This document shows, one piece after another, positions 53,601-61,600 of a DNA stretch of 64,000 nt. The DNA is from Antedon mediterranea. Taxonomy: Eukaryota; Animalia; Echinodermata. Location: the NCBI RefSeq assembly GCF_964355755.1, contig NC_092670.1, positions 7,244,201 through 7,308,200 on the forward strand. The letters are read 5' to 3'. Under the pieces are notes generated by a model. That model saw only the letters and a list, made by a program, of their open reading frames with translations. It was not told the DNA's origin and ran no database searches. Each line of letters begins with the position of its first letter. Positions within the stretch are counted from its first letter, which is position 1. The position numbers and the translations under genes are program-made.

Positions 53601-54283
53601 TATTCAATTGCTAGTAATCAATATGCCTACCTTATATATTTCTAAAATCATCATTGTATTAGTACCTATGCAATATTAATATTACTAATAATAAACAGTA
53701 TTTACACTTGTATTACTCTTTTTTCAGTTGCTTCCTTGTTGTTACCCGTATGTATTACAGCGTAGCATTACCTATTGCAGTCATACTACTCACCAATGTT
53801 GTTGTATTTATTATGGTATTACACAGTCTGAGTAAACTTGGTAACGTTGCAAAACAAGCTCACAAAATTCGTAAGAAGCGGAAGGGCATGTATTTACTAC
53901 AGAATGCCGTGTGTATATCGGTTGTGATGGGAATGACGTGGCTTATTGGATTCTTTGCAATTGGTAGTGCCTCCGAGATTGTCCAGGTACTTTTCTGTAT
54001 CCTGAATTCTTTCCAAGGATTCTTCATATTCGTTATGTATTGTTTCCGAAGTAAAGATATTCGTAAATTTTGGGCGGAAAAAACTATTAAAAAATTGTCG
54101 TCATCATTTAAAGGAACCAAAAATAGCAATCTGTACTCCAGTGGGCGTAAAAGTTCTGGTTTTAATTCATCGGCTTCTGGAAGAAACCAAACACATTCAG
54201 ATTCTAGAAATTACTCAAATAGCAACCAAGTTTCCTTTGCCCGATCTTCACGTGTTTCTAATGACTTTAGTTATCGGAAGTAA
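6109..54283 (+). CDS. Giant multi-exon adhesion GPCR (paralog B), ~3,470 aa: D8C-like - HYR x11 - YWTD propeller - HYR x3 - cbEGF x6 - HYR x8 - EGF - Ig - SEA - HormR-like - GAIN/GPS - 7TM; start/signal exon not identified
   Basis: 49 exons with AG/GT boundaries (one GC donor) join in consistent phase. Summed length is 10,409 nt, with no in-frame stop noticed until TAA at 54283. That they form one transcript is inferred from phase continuity and the absence of a terminal exon between blocks. Confidence 0.8.
6422..7252 (-). mobile_element. Diverged Helitron-like non-autonomous copy, related to the element at 41921-43315
   Basis: 7065-7252 (ATCGGAAAA..ACCC...TAAATTCGTTTTAATCG...ATCAGTACCGAAAGTA...GCGATTTAC...TTTGCCCTTA) resembles 43090-43305; 6422-6490 resembles 41955-42030. 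Confidence 0.5.
7329..7511 (+). repeat. ~92-bp tandem duplication containing the splice acceptor of the second D8C exon
   Basis: TGTGTTTTTAGCAATCTACAC...GTATAGATACATATCCAGCAC occurs at 7329-7420 and again at 7421-7511. Confidence 0.9.
8645..9440 (+). mobile_element. Helentron-associated / DINE-1-like non-autonomous element, copy 1 (~800 bp)
   Basis: Starts TTTTTAGTCGCGTGGAAGCGACT; (GTCT/GTCG)n microsatellite near both ends; subterminal inverted CACGCGACT; ends GGCTGTTGGCCTTGTT. Near-identical copies at 12610 and 46712. Confidence 0.8.
10793..19378 (+). CDS. aGPCR-B HYR (hyalin repeat) exons 1-11: 10793-11071, 11401-11649, 11976-12230, 13614-13898, 14489-14743, 15164-15406, 16152-16436, 17097-17327, 17893-18177, 18558-18812, 19094-19378
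   Basis: Each exon encodes D.E.P.I.CP....VTW.(P/E)P...DN......F.IG...(V/I).(Y/F).A.D.SGN...C.F.(I/V).V.G, the HYR consensus. All are phase 1-1 with length divisible by 3. Confidence 0.92.
11733..11817 (+). mobile_element. Short, diverged relative of the DINE/Helentron-like element
   Basis: CTCACTATGTCG..(GGTC)n..TAGCACGCGACT...GACCTTGTT shares the family's core and 3' end. Confidence 0.55.
12610..13375 (+). mobile_element. Helentron-associated / DINE-1-like element, copy 2
   Basis: Same termini and internal sequence as 8645-9440. Confidence 0.8.
16749..17024. mobile_element. Probable MITE with Kolobok-like termini
   Basis: TTAA|GGACACTAGAC ... GTCTAGTGTCT|ATAA imperfect terminal inverted repeat; interior is slightly CpG-richer than the intron. 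Confidence 0.45.
19922..31351 (+). CDS. aGPCR-B LDL-receptor class B (YWTD) beta-propeller exons 19922-20167, 29874-30036, 30421-30557, 31097-31351
   Basis: Motifs PVAIDYD...[19 protein letters not shown]...[17 protein letters not shown]...YLYWTDWG...IER, PNGL...MYWCD...[15 protein letters not shown]...LYWSDW. Splice phases 1/1/2/1/1 are consistent. Confidence 0.9.
20950..21356 (+). mobile_element. Decayed CR1/L2-type LINE ORF2 fragment, the target of the Gypsy insertion; probably continues at ~29150-29660
   Basis: Fragmented translation [19 protein letters not shown] ... [10 protein letters not shown] ... LSKLYLAH ... MENAAPVW resembles the W..W...FN..K / LGV / Y.SPVW post-RT motifs of CR1/L2 ORF2. 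Confidence 0.6.
21357..21530 (-). repeat. 3' LTR (174 bp), preceded on the minus strand by polypurine tract AAAAAGGGAGAAA (21531-21543)
   Basis: 173/174 identical to 28973-29146 by eye. Confidence 0.95.
21819..22455 (-). pseudogene. Gypsy integrase C-terminal part, distal to the transposon insertion; one frameshift near 22240
   Basis: Removing 22456-25569 restores ...[49 protein letters not shown]..., then VYVRNY...WVPG...GPLNY...RHVDQI...[13 protein letters not shown]. Confidence 0.9.
22706..23985 (+). pseudogene. KolX-like / P2X7 cytoplasmic-ballast-like Zn-binding protein, 2 exons (22706-23000, 23571-23985), frameshifted
   Basis: Acidic N-terminus, PYMYEP, then [21 protein letters not shown] ... 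[26 protein letters not shown] ... [17 protein letters not shown]...[17 protein letters not shown]. Frameshifts near 22855 and 23645-23700. Confidence 0.85.
24374..24537 (-). pseudogene. Last exon of a probable Kolobok transposase; catalytic exons deleted, first-exon remnant at ~25000-25292
   Basis: cag|[55 protein letters not shown]. The YV..L ... P.LC..F.RPDK..AI..H..RF ending resembles proteins that flank P2X7-like genes in such elements (from recall, not searched). Confidence 0.6.
25570..28959 (-). pseudogene. Gypsy gag-pol (gag, two CCHC knuckles, protease, RT, RNase H, integrase N-part) with several frameshifts
   Basis: [14 protein letters not shown] / [14 protein letters not shown]; [12 protein letters not shown]; YLDD; [12 protein letters not shown]; HVGHIG...CDSC; VHVDFAGP; SDNGPQF; NGQAERFVQ. 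Frame breaks near 28385, 26800 and 26640. Confidence 0.95.
28956..28970 (-). promoter_or_regulatory. Primer-binding site, tRNA-Ser(GCT)-like
   Basis: TGGCGACGAGGATGG lies 2 nt inside the 5' LTR and is complementary to the ...CCATCCTCGTCG-CCA 3' end I recall for metazoan tRNA-Ser(GCT). Confidence 0.8.
28973..29146 (-). repeat. 5' LTR (174 bp)
   Basis: Direct repeat of 21357-21530, TG...CA ends. Confidence 0.95.
30720..31021. mobile_element. Inverted pair of Penelope-like terminal fragments (arms ~30720-30809 and ~30917-31021)
   Basis: ~90-100-bp inverted repeat; the right arm carries a hammerhead core on the minus strand. Confidence 0.6.
30964..31003 (-). ncRNA. Minimal type I hammerhead ribozyme motif
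   Basis: Minus strand UUGCA-CUGAUGA-A-GGGC-UAGUGUU-GCCC-GAAA-GCUC-UGC: conserved core, stem II, palindromic AGCU helix III. Confidence 0.65.
31884..33352 (+). CDS. aGPCR-B HYR exons 12-14: 31884-32162, 32514-32768, 33125-33352
   Basis: HYR consensus, same three subtypes as in the first HYR block; phase 1-1. Confidence 0.9.
33720..38536 (+). repeat. Tandem array of EGF exon+intron units (~0.7-1.1 kb)
   Basis: Intron sequences (e.g. GGCATAGACATTTAA.ACATACAAGTTAACGTAC...) recur in every unit; exons 35080 and 36663 are identical by eye. Confidence 0.92.
33956..38536 (+). CDS. aGPCR-B six calcium-binding EGF exons, 120 bp each: 33956-34075, 35080-35199, 35951-36070, 36663-36782, 37539-37658, 38417-38536
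   Basis: D(D/E)(N/D)EC....[11 protein letters not shown](Y/F)TCEC.TGF...G.N.C matches the cbEGF consensus; AG/GT boundaries, phase 1-1. These are missed by the ORF track because they are short. Confidence 0.92.
39091..44103 (+). CDS. aGPCR-B HYR exons 15-22: 39091-39333, 39552-39812, 40336-40578, 40740-40991, 41107-41346, 41657-41899, 43478-43729, 43864-44103
   Basis: HYR consensus; exons 17-19 are duplicated as 20-22; the last exon appears to use a GC donor (GGAG|GCAAG). Confidence 0.9.
41921..43315 (-). mobile_element. Non-autonomous Helitron
   Basis: Minus strand begins A|TCTATATATG and ends ...CGCGAGCAAAGCGAGCGTACTATCTAG|T (GC-rich subterminal segment plus CTAG); no TSD; absent from the paralogous intron 40579-40739; internal ~92-bp tandem duplication. 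Confidence 0.8.
44273..47718 (+). CDS. aGPCR-B EGF (44273-44386), Ig-like (45345-45611) and SEA (46212-46324, 47523-47718) exons
   Basis: [12 protein letters not shown]...[12 protein letters not shown]; VTFQCTV...WRWYKD...LTI...NQGYYYC; [13 protein letters not shown]...[14 protein letters not shown] (SEA GSV motif). Confidence 0.88.
44989..45111. mobile_element. Small MITE
   Basis: CTAAAGCTCTGTCTACACTATCAAACT ... AGTTTGATAGGATCTAGAAAGAGCTTTAG inverted termini; the internal TATCACTACCATATTTG motif also occurs at ~63490. Confidence 0.6.
46712..47512 (+). mobile_element. Helentron-associated / DINE-1-like element, copy 3
   Basis: Same family as 8645-9440; ends 10 nt before the SEA exon at 47523. 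Confidence 0.8.
48235..51245 (+). CDS. aGPCR-B HormR-like and GAIN/GPS exons: 48235-48336, 49328-49452, 49800-49949, 50050-50419, 50684-50856, 51078-51245
   Basis: ...PSRIVESLE..., VYNDSSLF...[36 protein letters not shown]...[14 protein letters not shown] (complete GPS with HL|T). Confidence 0.92.
51515..51742 (+). mobile_element. SINE/L2-type 3' fragment
   Basis: GGATGGTGTCCGGCGGGGGATAGTTT occurs twice; tail TGTAAAGCACCTAGAG...AGGCGCTATATACAT...(TTA)n is typical of L2-partnered SINEs. Confidence 0.55.
52131..54283 (+). CDS. aGPCR-B 7TM and C-tail exons: 52131-52261, 52430-52692, 53166-53232, 53728-54283
   Basis: [17 protein letters not shown]...[18 protein letters not shown]...[11 protein letters not shown]...AWGIP...GMTWLIGFF...[13 protein letters not shown]; ADGRG-like 7TM pattern. 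Confidence 0.93.
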
Positions 54284-55429
54284 CATTCGATTATACGTAT
54301 AGTTAACACATTCATGGGCAAGTAATAAGATATATTCCATCCTAAATGTTTTCAGAAAACAACAGATAACGTATCCTCAAACTATAGATGCACAATACAA
54401 TACACCGCTTTCCGAAGTACTTTGAATGGAAAATGAAACGCACTACTAATTATTTTCCTTATTACTACATAATTAAAAAATAATATTTTAAAATGAGTCT
54501 TTCCATTGTCAACAATTAATCTTGCTGGTTGATTATATTATATAAAGCTTAAGGTCAAAATTCTTTTTACTCGGTTTATGTTCAATTGAACATACTATCT
54601 CTAGTTATTTCTCCTTCTTTTAGGGAACATTTTAAAATGCTACTGTTTGCAGATGATAACTGCGATTTTCTTAAACCTTTGTCAGTATGACTATAGTACC
54701 AACTCCTATTTATGCGTTGTTCTCGATTTTGGGTCAACGGTCACATATGGGTCAGTTTGGTCAAAACACTACTTGTTCCACAAATAACATAGTAAACAGT
54801 TCTCCTTATATTATTATGATTATTGTCTTCAGGTTTTTACAGGAATTAGGATCATAGGGGAGAAAGAGGGATAGTCTGGCAACATTTTAAAACGTCAACT
54901 AAGATTTCCTTCCTTCTTGGCCAGTTTGATTAATATCTCTTTCAATTTATGTGGTGTTTATAATTTTAGGTCGAAGGTCACATAAGGTTCAGTATAGTCG
55001 AAAAATCCACAAAATGAATATTTACAAATAGGCTTATAGGCTTAAGAGATTAATGTTAATGATTTTAGAAGGTGTCACTAGACCAAAATAATGTATTCTC
55101 AGACTTATTTCAGCTTTTTGAAACAAGACTTTGCTGTGTTAATGTAGACTATAATATAATAGGGCATTACGTTCCACATGGGTACGTAATCTGTTTATAA
55201 TAATAGAAAGTTAGGTAGAGGACTCATCTCAAATAGTAGCATATAATAACATAATTAACGATTGGGCTGATTTCGAACAAACTTGGTCCATAATAAAAGC
55301 ATAAAGTCAAAAGCCAAACAATTCCTCTTACTGGGTTTAGGCCTATGTACAATCTCTAGTTAAGTTTCATTTTACCTTTAAAGTAGACGAGTTCTATTAT
55401 ATTATACAGATATTGACAAACGTATATGA

Positions 55430-58180
55430 ATTAGTATTAAAAATTGTTAACAAATATGTAAATAAACTAATCCTTATGCGTTTTTTGTTGACATAACTGG
55501 TTACTATATCCAGGAATAAATTCCTGTCATTTGATTGAAGAAAAATAAACTTTTCGCGTTTATAAAAGAAAGGTTTTTTTATACTATTGCTATTGGATTT
55601 TTACAAAAATGGCAAAAATATCAACCCATTTTTTAGTTGACATAACTAGTTACTATGGCTGTATAAGATGATGATAAAACAATATTTGCGCATACAAGGA
55701 AATATTATTTATTTGTTAATTTTGTAGATTAAGTTAGTTAAGATAAAAGGTACCAAGCTTGATTAGCTTCGGCTATATCTTGGCTACCTTTTGTATTGAA
55801 ATTGTTTTTGTTTGATTCAATAAAGATGAAGAGAGTATTTAAGAGTAAGAGTATTATCCTATAATAATTGAATTTTAAAAAGTTGATATTTTGGCCATTT
55901 TGTAAAAAATCTTTGTACAGGCCGAAATATCAACCCATTTATAGTTGACATAGTTACTATGCCTGAGTATGGGTATAACACATTATACTTGCGCATATTA
56001 GGCCATATTATCGTATAATATTTAAATTTTAAAAAGTTGATATTTTAGCCATTTTCGAAAAAGGCCCAAATATCAACCCATTTATTTGTTGACATAACTA
56101 GTTACTATGGCTCTATAAGATGATTATAATACAATATATGCGTACATAAGGCAATATTATCGTATAATAATTAAATTGAAAAGTTGATATTTTAGCAATT
56201 TAAAAAAAATTCCCTGTACATAGTAAGAATTTGTTCAAAAATGGCCAAAATATCAACCCATTTATTAGTTGACATAACTAGTTAATATGGCTCTATAAGA
56301 TGATTATAATACAATATATGCGTCCGTAATATTATCGTTTATAATTTTATAAAAAAAACTTTTAAAAAGTTGATATTTTAGCCAATATATCAACACATTT
56401 ATTAGTTGACATAACTAATATGGCTACTATGGCTCTATAAGATGATTATAATACAAAAGTAACCACTTTTGACATAAATGGTTACTATAGCATAATGAAC
56501 ATGCGCAGAGTCGAATAATAACTGGTTACCATAGCACAATTGACATGCACAGAACCCATTATTCGTCTCTACGCATGTTTATTATGCAATAGTAACCATT
56601 TATGTCAAAACTAGTTAAAGTAGCACAGTTGACATGCGCAGAACCCATTATTCGCCTCTGAGCATGTTTATTATACTATAATAACCATTTATGTCAAAAA
56701 ATAAAAGGGTCGAAAATCGGCCATTTTTCGTAAATTTCCCTGTACTATAGTACAGGGATTTTTTCAAAAAAATGGCTAATTTTCGACCTTTTTATTTTTC
56801 AATAAAACTGGTTACTATAGCACAATTGACATGCGCAAAACCCATTATTCGTCTCTGCGCATGTTTATTATGCAATAGTGACCATTTATGTCAAAACTAG
56901 TTAATGCAGAACCCATTATTCGCCTCTGCGCATGTTTATTATACTACTAAAAACCATTTATGTCAAAAAATAAAAGGGTCGAAAATCGGCCATTTTTCGC
57001 AAATTCCCCTGTACTATAGTACAGGGATTCTTTCCAAAAAATGGCTAATTTTCGACCTTTTTATTTTTCGATAAAACTGGTTACTATAGCTCAATTGACA
57101 TGCGCAGAACCCATTATTCGTCTCTGCGCTTGTTTATTATGCAATAGTGACCATTTATTTCAAAACTAGTTAACGTAGCACAATTGACATGCGCAGAACA
57201 CATTATTCGTCTCTGCGCATGTTTATTATGCAATAGTAACCATTTATGTCAAAACTGGTTAACATAGCACAATTGACATGCGCAGAAACCATTATTCGTC
57301 TCTGCGCATGTTTATTATACAATAGTGACCATTTATGTCAAAACTAGTTAAAGTAGCACAGTTGACATGCGCAGAACCCATTATTCGCCTCTGGGCATGT
57401 TTATTATACTATAGTAACCATTTATGTCAAAAAATAAAAGGGTCGAAAATCGGCCATTTTTCGCAAATTTCCCTGTACTATAGTACAGGGATTTTAAAAA
57501 AAATGGCTAATTTTCGACCTTTTTATTTTTCAATAAAACTGGTTACTATAGCACAATTGACATGCGCAGAACCCATTATTCATCTCTGCGCATGTTTATT
57601 ATGCAATAGTGACCATTTATTTCAAAACTAGTTAACGTAGCACAATTAACATGCGCAGAACACATTATTCGTCTCTGCGCAGAACACATTATTCGTCTCT
57701 GCACATGTTTATTATGCAATAGTAACCATTTATGTCAAAAAAGAAATAGGTTGAAAATCGGCCATTTTTCGGAAATTTCCCTGTACGTACAGGCCAAAAT
57801 ATAAATATATTTATTAGTTGACATCATTAGTTACTATGGCTCTATAGGATGATTATAATACAATATATGCGTACATAAGGCAATATTATCGTATAATAAT
57901 TGAATTTTAAAAAGTTGATATTTTAGTCATTTTCGAAAAAATCCCTGTTCAAAAATGGCCAAAATATGATCCCATTTATTAGTTGACATAACTAGTTACT
58001 ATGGCTATGATTATAATACAATATATGCGTACGTAATATTATCGTATAATAATTGAATTTTAAAAAGTTGATATTTTAGCCAATATATCAACCCATTTAT
58101 TAGTTGACATAACTAGTTACTATGGTTCTATAAGATATTGATAAAATTAAAACAATGTTTGCGCATATAAGCCAATATTA
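55430..58180. repeat. Complex palindromic satellite: outer unit family (AAATATCAACCCATTTATTAGTTGACATAACTAGTTACTATGGC...) flanking an inner array of 89-bp hairpin units with ~100-bp palindromic spacers (56460-57790)
   Basis: 89-bp period measured (57165, 57254, 57343); perfect 20-bp palindrome CCCTGTACTATAGTACAGGG at 56738, 57007, 57471. Confidence 0.9.
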
Positions 58181-58326
58181 ACGTACCGTAAATTTTGGAT
58201 AAAACCTGGAAATGATATTATTATAAGTAGAAGAATTTTATTTTGTGAACGTTTACATGGCGAAATCAATTGTTGATATAAAGTTTGCGGTACACCACGT
58301 ATAGTCTGAAAAGAACTGTTGAGTTT

Positions 58327-58366
58327 CTCGACGTTTCGATCAATATGCTTTGATCGTCCTCAGGAG
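58327..58366 (-). ncRNA. Minimal type I hammerhead ribozyme motif downstream of the SLCO stop codon
   Basis: Minus strand CUC-CUGAGGA-C-GAUCA-AAGCAUAU-UGAUC-GAAA-CGUC-GAG: core, 5-bp stem II, palindromic ACGU helix III, GUC triplet, 3-bp stem I. Confidence 0.7.
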
Positions 58367-58658
58367 TGAGAATGAGGAATTTTGAAGAATTTTTATTAAA
58401 AAATATAGCTGAAAAGTCTTGACAAAATTGATAGCTTTTTAAATTATTATTATTATTATTAGTGTTAGTGTTATTTTAATTATTCAACTGAAGATGATAA
58501 CATTATTATTATTCTAATTATTATTAATTAAATTAAAGCCAAATCATCATCCAATCTATTATTATTATTCCACAGTAAACCACAACACAAATCTGCAGAC
58601 ATAATACTATATATACCATAATGATTAGGCCTAATTACACGGTAAATACGTCAGTTTC

Positions 58659-61600
58659 TCATAACGTTGACTCTCCTGTCTTAAATTCATATATTACTTC
58701 GTCTTCTTCTGTATTGGCCAATCCTTGTAGGTACTGAACCTTAGTTTCCCGTCGACATGAAAGTCGCCAGACTGTAAACACCAGAGCGATAGACATCGTT
58801 TTTAATGACAAGCACAATCCCAGATAAACAAGAAAAAACTTGTGATTGTCATATTCTATACAAGAGCCGGTAACACCACAATTATCTTCCCAAAGTATGC
58901 ATGCTGTGTCGATAACTGCTCCAAAATATGTTGGCGACGGAATATAGGCTGAAAGTAAAAAAATGGAAAATATAATAGGATCTCTATGTACTAAATTAGT
59001 GATCTTATGTATTTATTCTATATTTAGGCTTTCAATGAATGTAATTAATTTGTTTACATAATTCTAGTGTCGTATAGTGGCACTGAACCGCTGAATTTGA
59101 TGATTTGATTTGTTTACAAACGATTCTCGTAAGGTATCAAGTCAACGCAAAAGAGGATTATATTGTATCTCATACATGAAGACGGTTCCTGTCAGAAGAT
59201 ACGATATTGCATGCTATATTGTCGCTAGTTTCCAGTTAAGCTTGAGGACAAATATAAACACCTTTACCTTTATGATACATTACGTAAAACGGGTGTTTTT
59301 TTTTAGAATGAACCAATGTTTTTTTGTCTTAAACAGTAGTTCATTATATTAAAATGTAGTTTAACTTTAATTTTACTCACCCAGTAACCGAACAAAGAGA
59401 AATTGCACACCAAGAGCAAATGGTCGATCGTTTTCACAGACAGATCTCAAAGTCATCATAACCATAGGTATTTGTCCCATGGTAATAACGATTACCAATG
59501 ATATTAGGATAAACATAAATGGTACCAGCATGCCGCATTCATTACTGCATTTACCAGTGTATATGTAGCCAGCATCACTCTCTCCACTTTCTTTTAGAAA
59601 CTTGCTGACGCAATTACATCTTGTAAAATTCTATTCAAAAAGAAGTATGAAAGCCGTAGGCCTATAAAAATGCACGTCACATTGGAGTGAAAACATGCTA
59701 GGCTACTTACATTTGACACATTGTCTCCATCTTCTGATTCAAAGTTTAAGCCATTACAACCAGCATGACATGGACTAAAATAAGTAATCCCGATTGCAGA
59801 TGCGCAAATGGGTTGGAATTGAGCAGAAGAACAGTCACAATCTGTATTACAAGAATCTAAAAGATTGGTATCTTCCATATACTCTGTCGATTCCGACGAT
59901 TCACCACTAAACAAAATAAACACGTGTTTGTTAATGTAGCTCACGATAAAGTATGCCATATCATAAATCTACAAGCATCTGGTATACCCACCCACTAGAG
60001 GTGTGTTTGTGTACTGAAATTTAAAATTCATTTGAAACAATAAAGATGAAGAAATCTGTGAGAATAAGAAAAAGTCACCCAACAGAGATTCGAAAATGGA
60101 ACCTCCTGCGTGATATGCAGATGTCACAACTATTAGGCCACTGGGGCTTGAATGGTATTGTTCAATTCGACTGGATAGCACTCTTTTACACTCTCGGCGG
60201 AACATCAATAGTCCCTCAATTGTACGCACACGCACTCAATCAAATTGATACCCTAATTAATTATCAGTATATTAATTCACGAAGCGGGACCTAAGAAAAT
60301 ATACGTTTACATATCAATCACGGGCACAGAATAAATTAAAAACCGCCCGGTAATATACTGCAATTCAATATATAATAATAGCATAAAATAATAGTGAACA
60401 AGCGAAATAAAGAATCAAACAATAATTTGATGTCGTCTGCATTAGATTACAGAAAGTAATCCGATTGGTAAACATAACATTATTAGAAGAAGGTTTAGTT
60501 ACCGTTTATGCGGAGACCATTTTTTTTTTCAAAATGGCAATGTACATCATTATGTGTAATGTAATTGTATTTGATTGGTTGATTTTCATGATGACACTGT
60601 TTTATTTGAACACACACACATATCATAATTGTAAACTTACCTGAACGTATACGGTGTTGTTATTCCCGCTAAAACTACTGAATCACAACCACCTAAAAGA
60701 AAAGATGCTGCTAAAATACTAAAACCTAATATAATTACACCAAGACAAAATTTGGCCATTCCTGAAAGACCCAGCTTGAATCGACGGATCACGTAAGCAC
60801 CTAACACTGTTCCAATGGCAGCGGCAGGAATCAGTGAAGCTGCAGAACAAAAACGATATCTTATTGTTAGTAATAATCCAGTAGGCAAGTGTTTCAGGGA
60901 AGTGTTAAATTGTAATTTAACTCTTCCCTGGTTTATGCAGGTTCAACAAAATGTACTATAAGCTTATCTGATTTTGTTCTAAATACAAATAAATGTATTG
61001 CTGATTATACTGTAATTGAATAAAAAAGTAGGCATATGCCTAATAATAATACAATACATAATGATAATACAAACTATAATGTTTGATTATTTTTTTAAAT
61101 TTTTGTTATTTCACTACTACAGTTGTCAATACTTGTTAATATTGTCATGTACTACAAATGGAGAGAGGCATTATATACCAATAGATAAAACTTTTGGTCC
61201 TCTCTCCTTCATCTTTTTTTTTGTGTAATGTATTATACCATTATGGACAATTGTCTGAAATAAAAGTTCAATTGAATTGAATTGAATACAGGATAGACAA
61301 ATAATATCGTGGGATAGGACGGGGAAGCACTTTAGCAACCTAGCTAAAACTTCACGACTGTACTCCACTGTTAGTTTGTTTTAGATATTTTTATAATAAT
61401 AATAATAATTTTAAATTATTTTAACACCATCTACAGACATAAAAATTACATGTTTTAAAACTCGTGGTTTATGCTAAGTATTATATAACTCCTTTACTAT
61501 GCATTGAACAACACTGTTAATGAATTATAACAGAAACAATAAGTAAAGATCGTAATAATTGTGTTGAACTCACGTCCGACGTCGTAAAATTGTGGTCAAG

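Noticed and set aside
57335-57631. 98-aa ORF in the satellite
   Set aside because: A chance open frame across repeat units; other units contain stops or frameshifts.
56460-57790. Palindromic repeats resembling a CRISPR array
   Set aside because: Units abut or are separated by a repeated, non-unique spacer; no cas genes; spliceosomal eukaryotic context.
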